18,981 nucleotides of DNA from a virus (Duplodnaviria; Heunggongvirae; Uroviricota; Caudoviricetes), in the IMG/VR virus record IMGVR_UViG_2558860274_000004, positions 1 to 18,981 of that record, one strand, 5' to 3'. This document shows, in pieces, positions 1 through 8,049 of this stretch (the stretch's first letter is position 1; the number at the start of each line of letters is the position of its first letter). The position numbers were made by a program, and so were the translations under genes. The notes below the pieces were generated by a model. The model made no database searches, had not been told where the DNA came from, and worked only from the letters and a program-made list of their open reading frames with translations.

Positions 1-1233
1 ATGACTAAAAAACCATGGGAAAGAAGACTTAAAGATTTATCGCACTTGCTCAAATGCTGCATTGATACATATTTTGACCCTGAATTATTCCGCTTGAATT
101 TGAATCAATTCCTCCAAACCGCAAGAACAGTAACATTTATTATTCAAAAAAACAAAAACCAGATTATAGGATATGACATTTGGTATAACAATAATGTTAT
201 TGAAAAATGGAAAAATGATCCATTAATGGCTTGGGCTAAAAATTCTCGCAATACGATAGAAAAACAAGGCGATTTAGAAATGTATAGCGAGGCAAAGGCT
301 ACTCTTATTTCATCTTACATTGAAGAAAATGACATTGAGTTTATTACAAATGAAAGTATGTTAAACATTGGTATAAAAAAGTTAGTCAGACTTGCACAAA
401 AGAAATTACCTTCATATTTAACTGAATCATCTATTATTAAATCAGAAAGACGATGGGTCGCTAATACGCTAAAAGATTACGAATTATTACATGCCTTAGC
501 TATAATCTATGGCAGAATGTATAACTGCTGTAACTCTCTTGGCATACAAATAAACAATCCAATGGGTGACGATGTGATTTCGCCAACATCATTCGACTCT
601 TTATTTGATGAAGCCAGGAGAATAACTTATTTAAAATTAAAAGATTACTCCATAAGCAAATTGTCATTTAGCATGATACAATATGATAATAAAATAATTC
701 CTGAAGATATTAAAGAGCGTCTAAAACTGGTAGATAAGCCTAAAAATATCACTTCGACAGAAGAGTTAGTTGACTATACAGCCAAGCTTGCAGAAACGAC
801 TTTTTTAAAGGACGGTTATCACATTCAAACATTAATTTTTTATGATAAACAATTCCATCCAATTGATTTAATCAATACAACATTTGAAGATCAAGCAGAT
901 AAATATATTTTTTGGCGTTATGCAGCTGACAGAGCCAAAATAACAAATGCCTATGGCTTCATTTGGATATCAGAGCTATGGCTCAGAAAAGCAAGCATCA
1001 ACTCCAATAAACCAATACATACAATGCCAATTATAGATGAAAGACTTCAGGTAATTGGAATTGATTCAAATAATAATCAAAAATGTATTTCATGGAAAAT
1101 AGTTAGAGAAAATGAAGAAAAAAAACCGACTTTAGAAATATTAACAGCAGACTCAAAACATGACGAAAAACCATATTTCATGCGTTCAGTCTTAAAAGCA
1201 ATTGGCGGTGATGTAAACACTATGAACAATTGA
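1..1233 (+). CDS. hypothetical protein (410 aa), AT-rich orphan, function unknown
   Basis: Long uninterrupted ORF starting at ATG at position 1 and ending with TGA at 1231-1233. Composition is visibly AT-rich (about one-third G+C in the first 120 nt by hand count), unlike the rest of the window. No motif I can assign. Convergent with the Q-like gene. Confidence 0.6.
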   Translation: MTKKPWERRLKDLSHLLKCCIDTYFDPELFRLNLNQFLQTARTVTFIIQKNKNQIIGYDIWYNNNVIEKWKNDPLMAWAKNSRNTIEKQGDLEMYSEAKATLISSYIEENDIEFITNESMLNIGIKKLVRLAQKKLPSYLTESSIIKSERRWVANTLKDYELLHALAIIYGRMYNCCNSLGIQINNPMGDDVISPTSFDSLFDEARRITYLKLKDYSISKLSFSMIQYDNKIIPEDIKERLKLVDKPKNITSTEELVDYTAKLAETTFLKDGYHIQTLIFYDKQFHPIDLINTTFEDQADKYIFWRYAADRAKITNAYGFIWISELWLRKASINSNKPIHTMPIIDERLQVIGIDSNNNQKCISWKIVRENEEKKPTLEILTADSKHDEKPYFMRSVLKAIGGDVNTMNN

Positions 1234-1312
1234 GTCATAGAACTTCCATTATTCTCCTGAAGATAATAATCGCCAAATAAACCAATACTCAGTTTTACAA
1301 TATAATAACTAA

Positions 1313-1346
1313 CCGCAGAACGTTATTTCATACAACGTTTCTGCGG
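1313..1346. terminator. inverted-repeat hairpin between convergent genes (candidate terminator)
   Basis: ccgcagaacgtt (1313-1324), 9-nt loop, aacgtttctgcgg (1334-1346): near-perfect 12-bp stem. On the minus strand it is followed by a T/A-rich stretch. Lies between the stop of the 1..1233 ORF and the stop of the Q-like ORF. Confidence 0.4.
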
Positions 1347-1361
1347 CATATCACAAAACGA

Positions 1362-1759
1362 TTACTCCATAACAGGGACAGCAGGCCACTCAATATCAGG
1401 TGCAGTTGATGTATCAACACGGTTCAGCAACACCCGATACTTCTTCCAGACTTCCAGCAACGAGGTTTCTTCCTCCGTTGCGATTTCCAGATCTGCAGCA
1501 TCCTGAAGTGGCGCGATATGCTCACTGGCTACCTGCATCAGGCTGTTTTTTGTTTCTTCCGCTTCAGGCGAGCCATGCATCCACAAATGATCATCGCGTC
1601 ATCGTCACAACATTGCGGGCGGGATTTTACTTTTGAAGGGATTAGTCCTTTAAATCCTGCAGCAATAGACGACCAGGTGACATCCTCGTGATTATTTGCC
1701 ACCCATGCCCCCCAACGTTCAAGAACCATTTGAATATCACGCATCAACTTTCTCCACAA
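1362..1759 (-). pseudogene. Q-family late antiterminator-like gene, split into two frames at a T6/A6 homopolymer
   Basis: ORF 1538..1759 (minus) encodes [24 protein letters not shown]...[16 protein letters not shown], which I recall as the N-terminus of small enterobacterial Q-like antiterminators. It stops just after a homopolymer (plus-strand tttttt at 1545-1550). ORF 1362..1586 continues in another frame. A 1-nt indel in the run would join them into about 130 aa. Confidence 0.5.
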
Positions 1760-1761
1760 AA

Positions 1762-2757
1762 TCAGGCCAGCACGCCAATTGCCAGCGCACGATCGATAAA
1801 ACGAAATATCAGCTCCAGCTGGGAGCCATACTTCTCTTCAAATGCCACGGTATCCGCATGCAGCTCGTCGTGATGCTTTCTGCACAAAGGCAACACAAAA
1901 AGGTCATGCGCTTTTGTTCCCATTCCACCCTGACCGTGACCTATCAGGTGGTGGGGATCATCAGCGGGCTTTCCACAACATGCACACGGCTGTGTCATAA
2001 CCCAGCGCGTGTACTTTTCATTAACCCAGCGGCGACGTTTTGGGCGTAACATAAAAGACTCCGGCGACTCCGGATCCACTTTCAGCGCCAGCACCTTTTT
2101 CGCCTTATCCTGGATGATGCTGGTGGCAGGAACCGAAGGCACAAGGTCACTTTCCCGGGTAACAGACGGCACAACAGGCTTCGGTAATCTCAGTGCCTTA
2201 CGGGCTGCACTTTCCGGTAAGGCATCCGCCAGATCATTACGAATCAGCCACCAGCACAGTTCCGGCATTGTCACAACGTGACTGTCATCAAAACCGAGAT
2301 CCCGACGCACAACAGACAACACCCAGCGGGCACAGTTATCCGTTGCCATTGATTCCAGCCGTTCCGTGAACTGATCGCGCAGCTGGTTATCGCAGTGCCA
2401 GCACAGACGGATTGCACCCGGAGCGTGTCGCATTGTGGTCATGTTCTCGCTGTGCCAGTCGGAATGAGGCCACTGGCAGCCTTTTTCACGAAGTAACCAG
2501 CTTTCAAGACATTCCACGCCACCAGCACGACGGATCACTGCCTCATCGCGGAACACGGCCCGAACGGCAGGATCATCCGCCAGCAGTTGTGATGCCGCCG
2601 GAACGGCACCACTGGCGAAAGATGAATAACGCTCCGGCTCAGGCTCCAGCAGGACACGCCCCTGCATAAACAGGGGCATCAGCTCTGAACCTGGCCTGAA
2701 CAATACGATCCCCATACGCGGGGCAATTTCAGGGGTCAGTAGTGCTCTCACGGTCAC
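1762..2757 (-). CDS. DUF968-like prophage protein with C-terminal Cys/His-rich (HNH-like) motif
   Basis: 331-aa ORF. C-terminus [43 protein letters not shown] shows a C-x2-C ... HH ... C-x2-HH pattern typical of DUF968/HNH-like proteins found just upstream of Q in lambdoid prophages. GTG start abutting the upstream gene. Confidence 0.65.
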   Translation of the reverse strand: MTVRALLTPEIAPRMGIVLFRPGSELMPLFMQGRVLLEPEPERYSSFASGAVPAASQLLADDPAVRAVFRDEAVIRRAGGVECLESWLLREKGCQWPHSDWHSENMTTMRHAPGAIRLCWHCDNQLRDQFTERLESMATDNCARWVLSVVRRDLGFDDSHVVTMPELCWWLIRNDLADALPESAARKALRLPKPVVPSVTRESDLVPSVPATSIIQDKAKKVLALKVDPESPESFMLRPKRRRWVNEKYTRWVMTQPCACCGKPADDPHHLIGHGQGGMGTKAHDLFVLPLCRKHHDELHADTVAFEEKYGSQLELIFRFIDRALAIGVLA

Positions 2758-2758
2758 C

Positions 2759-3304
2759 TCAATGAACGGTATCGAGCAGCTTTAACAGCTCAGGGAATCG
2801 GGATTCGAAGAAATGCGGCTGCGTCTCGCGCGGATTTGCGGGACTGGTGATGTTCTTACCGAACATGCAGCCTTTCGCTGTCAGCGACCAGAATTTTTTG
2901 ATGTTGTTAATCGCGGTACGGCTGTATCGTTCGCGCTGCTCGACGATCCCCAGCTTCACCATCTGGTGATATGCCTGATTAGCCGTCAGGCGGATAACCG
3001 GTCCCCACTCCACCAGCATTCTTTTCACCTGTCTGTCGTCTTCCCACACACCCGCGTGGGTCAGGGCGTCAAACAGCGCCTTGTTATAGTTGTCCAGATC
3101 GCGGATCCGGTTAACTGGCTTTGAAGTACGGGTCTTCGCGTTTTTCTGTGTACGTGCTGACGGACGGCGATAAGCGCAGGGAAAGCTCATCCCATTTTTC
3201 CCGCAGCTTCGACGGGCTGAGCACGTTACGGCACCAGAACGGATCGCGGCTGACGCGGCTGTACATCTCGCAGATTTGTTTGTGAGTACGACCATCCTGC
3301 ACAC
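2759..3304 (-). CDS. RusA-family Holliday-junction resolvase-like ORF (motif clear, N-terminal boundary uncertain)
   Basis: Contains RIRDLDNYNKALFDALTHAGVWEDDRQV, which aligns with the RusA catalytic-Asp core ([28 protein letters not shown] from memory). The ORF-track N-terminus (GTG start, Arg/Ser/Ala-rich) does not look like RusA and overlaps the 3' end of the upstream O-like ORF by about 190 nt in another frame. True start may be the internal ATG near 3190, or the gene is frameshifted. Confidence 0.5.
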   Translation of the reverse strand: MCRMVVLTNKSARCTAASAAIRSGAVTCSARRSCGKNGMSFPCAYRRPSARTQKNAKTRTSKPVNRIRDLDNYNKALFDALTHAGVWEDDRQVKRMLVEWGPVIRLTANQAYHQMVKLGIVEQRERYSRTAINNIKKFWSLTAKGCMFGKNITSPANPRETQPHFFESRFPELLKLLDTVH

Positions 3305-4022
3305 ACATCAGGCGAATTTCGTTTGCCCAGGCTGTCCAGTTCGGTTCTTTGGGACGAACCACCTCGCCGTCACATTCGGCGGCCTGCTCGTACAGGGCAA
3401 TGATTTTTTTCCAGAGCCACTGTGCGCAGGTCAAATCATCCTGCGTTCCCCACTGGCGCTTTTTAGGGCTGAATACAACCGCATCAGGATGGCGAGTTAA
3501 AAAATCCTTTTCAGCCGTCTGCGTGTCCGGTTGCGAAGCGTCCGGACGAGAAGGTTTTTTATCTGACGGATCATGTTTTGATTTTACTGACGGATCCCCG
3601 CCAGATTCTGACGGGTGAAAACCCGCTTTTTTGCCAGATTTCGACGCATCAAATTTTGACGGGTCAGATTTTGATGCGTCAGATTTTGATGCGTCAGATT
3701 TTGACGGGTCAGAATCTGACAGTTGAGAAAATGCCGCTGCCTGAAGCTTCGCAACGTTAAGCTGATAAACATTCGACGCATTGCGGTTACCCTGGCGACG
3801 CGCCTTACGCGTTAACCAGCCTTCTGCTTCCAGCCGTGCGATAGCCGTTCTGACGGTGCTCATCCCCGCGCCAATCTGGCGGGCAATGGTTTCAATTGAT
3901 GGCCAGCACACACCTTCGTCATTACTGAAATCAGCCAGGCGGGCCATAATTGCCACGCTGGATAACTTCATGCCTGACGCAGCGCAACCATCCCATACAT
4001 AGCCGGTTAATTTAGTGCTCAT
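3111..4022 (-). CDS. replication initiator protein (lambda O-like role) with HTH N-terminus and internal iteron-encoded repeat
   Basis: 303-aa ORF with GAGG Shine-Dalgarno 7 nt upstream of ATG at 4022. N-terminal winged-HTH-like segment (SIETIARQIGAGMSTVRTAIARLEAEGWL). Central SKSDASKSDASKSDPSKFDASK repeat is encoded by 15-bp direct DNA repeats, the arrangement of lambdoid O genes that carry ori inside the coding sequence. Confidence 0.7.
   Translation of the reverse strand: MSTKLTGYVWDGCAASGMKLSSVAIMARLADFSNDEGVCWPSIETIARQIGAGMSTVRTAIARLEAEGWLTRKARRQGNRNASNVYQLNVAKLQAAAFSQLSDSDPSKSDASKSDASKSDPSKFDASKSGKKAGFHPSESGGDPSVKSKHDPSDKKPSRPDASQPDTQTAEKDFLTRHPDAVVFSPKKRQWGTQDDLTCAQWLWKKIIALYEQAAECDGEVVRPKEPNWTAWANEIRLMCVQDGRTHKQICEMYSRVSRDPFWCRNVLSPSKLREKWDELSLRLSPSVSTYTEKREDPYFKAS
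3580..3725. repeat. iteron array (candidate prophage origin of replication) inside the initiator gene
   Basis: At least four tandem 15-bp units (gtcagattttgatgc, gtcagattttgatgc, gtcagattttgacgg, gtcagaatctgacag) at about 3656-3722, plus degenerate copies upstream (ctgacggatc at 3582-3600). Each unit has internal dyad symmetry (tcagattttga vs tcaaaatctga). Confidence 0.6.
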
Positions 4023-4031
4023 GACCGACCT

Positions 4032-4370
4032 CTATTTCCCTGAATTTACGACGAAACTGTTCGAGCGGACTGAAGCATTCATGCTCATAACCTTCGCGGA
4101 GGTAGATAACCCGTTGTGTTTCCGGCTCCCAACGAATGACTCTGACGGGCACTCCGTAGTGATCTTTGAACCAGCGGTTAACTTGTCGCAAAGGACTGTC
4201 TCCTTCTGCCGGTTGAAATCACCCACAGCCCACTCTGCAAAGCTGTGGGTTACAATTTCCCTATCACCTGGTACATTCACTGCATAGCAATATTCCACCT
4301 TCGCTTTTCCACCCGGTACAGGAAGCGCAATCAGTTGCGAGCGACGGTAGTGTGTTGTTAAACTGTTCAT
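4032..4370 (-). CDS. hypothetical protein (112 aa)
   Basis: ATG at 4370 overlaps the TGA stop of the upstream CII-like gene (ATGA overlap, translational coupling). Stop at 4032-4034 lies 10 nt before the initiator start. No recognisable motif. Confidence 0.45.
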   Translation of the reverse strand: MNSLTTHYRRSQLIALPVPGGKAKVEYCYAVNVPGDREIVTHSFAEWAVGDFNRQKETVLCDKLTAGSKITTECPSESFVGSRKHNGLSTSAKVMSMNASVRSNSFVVNSGK

Positions 4371-4924
4371 GCGTTAGTTTCTCCACAACCAGAAGCAATC
4401 GACGCCACGACGCCCGGAGCTGCACACTCGCGGGCGTCATTACTTTCTGAAATGCAAAAAATTTTGTAGACAAGTGCTGCATGCTCCTGCAGCTTCGAAA
4501 TTGAGAGATACAGCTCGTCGTTAATTGCTGTCTTCTCATGCGGTTCCACTACGCCGTCTTCGATTGCTGAACGAATCTGTTTTGAATAACTGCCGATCTG
4601 TTCAATGACTTCCAGCAGACGCTGGTTAATATCGGCGTTGTCCACATCCTCGACGTCAGGAAGAGACACAAAGACGCCATTTGCAGACTGCGCCACAGCA
4701 TCAGCAATGAAGTGAGTGCCACCAGCACGCTGTAAAACCATTGCCCATCCCAGCGGGAAAATCTGATCGCCATCTGCACGAAGGCGGTTGAATAAAGCGT
4801 TTTCTGTTACATCGAGCCAGTCAGCCGCTTCAGCGTAACCACCCGGCAACGCCGCGATAGTTTTTCTGACAGCTTTCACGTACCACTCAGGCTGTTTTTC
4901 CACTTTCCAGTGATGATTACCCAC
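4367..4924 (-). CDS. CII-like phage regulatory protein (family assignment tentative)
   Basis: 185-aa ORF directly downstream of cro-like gene in the same operon. GTG start preceded by AGGAGG 6 nt upstream. Position and size fit CII-like prophage regulators; no catalytic motif seen. Confidence 0.5.
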   Translation of the reverse strand: MGNHHWKVEKQPEWYVKAVRKTIAALPGGYAEAADWLDVTENALFNRLRADGDQIFPLGWAMVLQRAGGTHFIADAVAQSANGVFVSLPDVEDVDNADINQRLLEVIEQIGSYSKQIRSAIEDGVVEPHEKTAINDELYLSISKLQEHAALVYKIFCISESNDARECAAPGVVASIASGCGETNA

Positions 4925-5177
4925 GGCTTACCTCCTGTTCCTGTGGTTTAAACCCATTCTGGTTTTGGCTAGATTGAAAACGTGCCGGATAAAGAATCTG
5001 CATTTCGCTGATTTCACCCTTAAAAAAATTGGCCAGACGTTCTGCAAGATCGATAGATGGAATTTGTTCCAGTCTTTCAATACGACTCAGCGTCGCTGGA
5101 TTGACCTGAACGCCAGCAGCAACATGCTGCAAAGTAAATCCGTGCGCCTTACGCACATTCCGTAATGGTGATTGCAT
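4917..5177 (-). CDS. Cro/XRE-type HTH transcriptional regulator (cro-like)
   Basis: 86-aa ORF divergent from the cI-like gene. GGAGG Shine-Dalgarno 4-8 nt upstream of ATG at 5175-5177. Helix-turn-helix-like segment FTLQHVAAGVQVNPATLSRIE. Confidence 0.75.
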   Translation of the reverse strand: MQSPLRNVRKAHGFTLQHVAAGVQVNPATLSRIERLEQIPSIDLAERLANFFKGEISEMQILYPARFQSSQNQNGFKPQEQEVSRG

Positions 5178-5274
5178 ATGACCTCCACATATTGCGTGAT
5201 GAGCATATTATTTCACGCAAATATTTTGCGCAAGTTGATTTGCTTAACGCGCAATAAAGAAATGTAATAAACGC
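5178..5274. promoter_or_regulatory. immunity-region divergent promoters and operators between cro-like and cI-like genes
   Basis: 97-bp intergenic region with repeated TTGCG(T/C) / (A/G)CGCAA half-sites: ttgcgtga-N13-tcacgcaa (5192-5220), cgcaaa-tat-tttgcg (5215-5229), ttgcgcaa (5226-5233), acgcgcaa (5247-5254). Candidate -10 taatat for the leftward (cro) promoter on the minus strand at 5205-5210. Candidate ttgctt/tgtaat rightward promoter giving a near-leaderless cI transcript. Confidence 0.55.
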
Positions 5275-5967
5275 ATGAACATAGGAAACCGAGTCAGACA
5301 ACTTCGCCAGGCGAAGAACATGAAAATCGCCGATCTCGCTGAAGCAATAGGAGTGGATGCGGCGAATATCTCACGCCTGGAAACAGGTAAGCAGAAACAA
5401 TTCACTGAACAAGCCCTGAGTAATATTGCCAAGAGCTTAGGTGTTGATATTGCTGATCTCTTTACCTCAGACTTCAAAAGTAATACTGTATGTAAAAACA
5501 GTATTAGTGAGGATGTTGCGCAGGTGAAGGATGTATTCCGTATTGAAATGCTGGATGTCAGTGCCAGTGCGGGAAATGGCCTTATCCAGGGCGGTGATGT
5601 CATTGATGTGATTCATGCCATTGAATACAGAACTGATAATGCTGTATCGATGTTTGGCGGACGGCCAGCCAATCACATTAAAGTTATCAACGTTCGTGGG
5701 GACAGTATGTGTCCAGCCATTGAGCCAGGAGATCTCATCTTCGTTGATGTCAGTATCAATCAGTTTGATGGAGATGGTATCTATGTATTTGGTTTTGATG
5801 ATAAAATTTATGTCAAACGACTGCAAATGATACCTGACAAACTACTGGTGATTTCTGATAACCAGATTTACCGTGAATGGGGAATTACCAGCGAAAATGA
5901 ACACCGGTTTATGGTCTTTGGAAAGGTCTTAATCAGCCAGTCACAAACCCTTAAGCGACACAATTAA
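5275..5967 (+). CDS. cI-like repressor, LexA/S24 family (N-terminal XRE HTH plus C-terminal autocleaving peptidase domain)
   Basis: 230-aa ORF. HTH segment MKIADLAEAIGVDAANISRLETG. Ala-Gly candidate cleavage site in SASAGNG (about residues 99-100). Ser in VRGDSMCP and Lys in YVKRL spaced 37 residues apart as in the LexA Ser/Lys dyad. Confidence 0.9.
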   Translation: MNIGNRVRQLRQAKNMKIADLAEAIGVDAANISRLETGKQKQFTEQALSNIAKSLGVDIADLFTSDFKSNTVCKNSISEDVAQVKDVFRIEMLDVSASAGNGLIQGGDVIDVIHAIEYRTDNAVSMFGGRPANHIKVINVRGDSMCPAIEPGDLIFVDVSINQFDGDGIYVFGFDDKIYVKRLQMIPDKLLVISDNQIYREWGITSENEHRFMVFGKVLISQSQTLKRHN

Positions 5968-5987
5968 CCCTTACCTCCTCATCAATT

Positions 5988-6009
5988 AGCCACCCAAAGG
6001 TGGCTTTTC
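5988..6009 (+). terminator. intrinsic terminator downstream of cI-like gene
   Basis: agccacc (5988-5994), caaa loop, ggtggct (5999-6005), followed by tttcatt. Confidence 0.5.
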
Positions 6010-6485
6010 ATTACCCTTTAAATTGCATATCTCGCAACAAAAGCACTTGCATAATGCGCAACTTCATTTTATCTTTCTTTCCAGACAAACAAACAAGGTA
6101 CTAACAAAATTTGGTTGTAACACGGCGTATGGCACATGCGTCGTTAGCGGTCTGGGGACGTTAAAGGGGACAATCCACTCCTTGCTCGGGCAAACAAACC
6201 AGGTAGCCGGAATGTGCAAGTCAATGATGATGCTGATAAGACGCCTAACCAGCGTGGCGATCCGGTTTGACGCCTGGGAAGAGACCAGGGTGCAACGATG
6301 AGGGCATTTATAGAGCCGCGACAAAGTGTGGTGCCGTAACTGGCTAAGTGCTCTCAGCGTTGTGGTAATCCGCGAAATGGCGCGGCGGTAAGTATGGCGG
6401 GGTTACTCTTTCCCCGTTGAGGACACCGGATTGTCAGGTTGACCATACGCCTGAGTGACAACCCCACCACAACAGCCACTGCTTT

Positions 6486-6532
6486 GGCGGTACCAGTTTG
6501 TACACTTGCTTCCTGCTGGTACCGCTCTTTTT
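6486..6532 (+). terminator. strong hairpin plus T-tract inside the long leader upstream of the early-left genes
   Basis: ggcggtaccag (6486-6496), about 19-nt loop, ctggtaccgc (6516-6525), followed by tcttttt (6526-6532). Confidence 0.5.
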
Positions 6533-6669
6533 ACAAAACAGAGAAGAGCATCACCGGACGACGGGCTCATAACCCAATCCATCCGGGCGGCTGCCACCGC
6601 AGGTGTTCTTCTCTGTTTTGTGGAGAAACCAACCGACCTTGCAGGGTCGATATGATGAGGAGCAGCAAA

Positions 6670-7032
6670 ATGGCTAGCGAACGCAGTACTGATGTGCAGG
6701 CATTTATCGGGGAGCTGGACGGCGGCGTATTTGAAACCAAAATCGGCGCAGTTCTCAGTGAAGTCGCTTCCGGTGTGATGAACACGAAAACCAAAGGTAA
6801 GGTCTCACTCAACCTGGAAATCGAACCATTTGATGAGAACCGTGTGAAAATCAAACACAAACTCTCATATGTTCGCCCGACTAACCGCGGGAAAATTTCC
6901 GAAGAAGACACCACCGAAACGCCGATGTATGTCAATCGCGGTGGTCGCCTGACTATTCTGCAGGAAGACCAGGGACAATTACTGACTCTTGCCGGTGAAC
7001 CTGACGGAAAACTACGCGCAGCAGGTCATTAA
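6670..7032 (+). CDS. small early prophage protein (about 121 aa), hypothetical
   Basis: ORF track gives 6439..7032, but the plausible start is ATG at 6670 with GAGGAG about 8 nt upstream. The upstream extension overlaps the terminator hairpin and has no ribosome-binding site. Size resembles a YfdP-like protein (recollection only). Confidence 0.5.
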   Translation: MASERSTDVQAFIGELDGGVFETKIGAVLSEVASGVMNTKTKGKVSLNLEIEPFDENRVKIKHKLSYVRPTNRGKISEEDTTETPMYVNRGGRLTILQEDQGQLLTLAGEPDGKLRAAGH

Positions 7033-7097
7033 TATCGTTCTTAATTAACTGATTATTTATCTCATCACTGAATATCTTTATATAGTGAGGACTTATT

Positions 7098-7922
7098 ATG
7101 TCTCAGAACTTAGACGCAACCGCAATTAATCAAATCCATGCCCTTATTTCTGCTCAGGGTGTTAATGAAATTATCAGTAATATTGGTGCCGATGCTGTGG
7201 CATTGCCTGAGAATTTCCGCATTCATGATCTGGAAAAATTTAATTTAAATCGCTTCCGTTTCCGTGGTGCGCTTTCCACTGCCAGCATCGATGACTTTAC
7301 CCGTTATTCTAAAGATCTTGCAGATGAAGGCACCCGCTGCTTTATCGATGCTGATAATATGCGTGCCGTCAGTGTACTTAACCTGGGTACTATTGATGAA
7401 CCAGGTCACGCAGATAACACCGCCACTCTCAAACTGAAAAAGACAGCACCGTTCTCTGCCCTGTTGTCTGTTAACGGCGAGCGTAACTCCCAGAAGTCAC
7501 TGGCAGAATGGATTGAAGACTGGGCCGACTACCTTGTGGGCTTTGATGCTAATGGTGACGCTATTCAGGCAACAAAAGCGGCTGCGGCAGTCCGTAAAAT
7601 CACGATTGAAGCAAACCAGACCGCTGATTTTGAAGATAATGACTTCAGCGGCAAACGCTCCCTGATGGAGTCTGTCGAAGCGAAGACCAAAGACATTATG
7701 CCAGTGGCATTTGAATTTAAATGCGTTCCGTTTGAAGGTCTGAAAGAACGTCCGTTTAAATTACGCCTCAGCATTATCACTGGCGATCGTCCTGTACTGG
7801 TTCTGCGCATTATTCAGCTGGAGGCGGTGCAGGAAGAAATGGCTAACGAATTTCGTGATCTGCTTGTTGAGAAATTCAAGGACAGCAAAGTAGAAACCTT
7901 TATTGGTACTTTCACCGCCTGA
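7098..7922 (+). CDS. DUF2303-like prophage protein (YfdQ-like, 274 aa)
   Basis: ATG at 7098 with GAGGA 8 nt upstream. Length and gene order (followed by an HD-domain gene and DUF551 genes) match my recollection of the yfdPQRST block of E. coli prophages. Identity not verified. Confidence 0.6.
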   Translation: MSQNLDATAINQIHALISAQGVNEIISNIGADAVALPENFRIHDLEKFNLNRFRFRGALSTASIDDFTRYSKDLADEGTRCFIDADNMRAVSVLNLGTIDEPGHADNTATLKLKKTAPFSALLSVNGERNSQKSLAEWIEDWADYLVGFDANGDAIQATKAAAAVRKITIEANQTADFEDNDFSGKRSLMESVEAKTKDIMPVAFEFKCVPFEGLKERPFKLRLSIITGDRPVLVLRIIQLEAVQEEMANEFRDLLVEKFKDSKVETFIGTFTA

Positions 7923-8049
7923 TTTCATTACTGCAAATGCCCCTGCGGGGGCATTTATGGAAACGTAATTTACTCAATAATCGCCGGATGGTGAGGGATT
8001 CTTTTTACCAGAATTCAGCGCGGTGCAGCGCATATACGTGGAGAACAAA

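Noticed and set aside
3644-3722. Tandem 15-bp direct repeats that could be mistaken for a CRISPR array
   Set aside because: Units are contiguous with no spacers, only 15 bp long, and lie in frame inside a coding sequence producing a peptide repeat. They fit iterons, not CRISPR.
4015-4287. 90-aa plus-strand ORF overlapping the minus-strand 112-aa ORF
   Set aside because: It is antisense to an operon whose genes show start/stop overlaps (translational coupling) on the minus strand and has no ribosome-binding site of its own.
6023-6301. 92-aa plus-strand ORF as a possible N-like antiterminator
   Set aside because: No ribosome-binding site and no Arg-rich RNA-binding motif at the N-terminus; the reciprocal strand has an overlapping ORF of similar length, as expected by chance. 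Left as part of the untranslated leader.
6439-6669. N-terminal extension of ORF 6439..7032 (197 aa in the ORF track)
   Set aside because: The upstream part has no ribosome-binding site, overlaps the terminator hairpin, and its translation is Cys/Arg/Pro-rich nonsense-like. An ATG at 6670 with a GAGGAG Shine-Dalgarno gives a compact gene.
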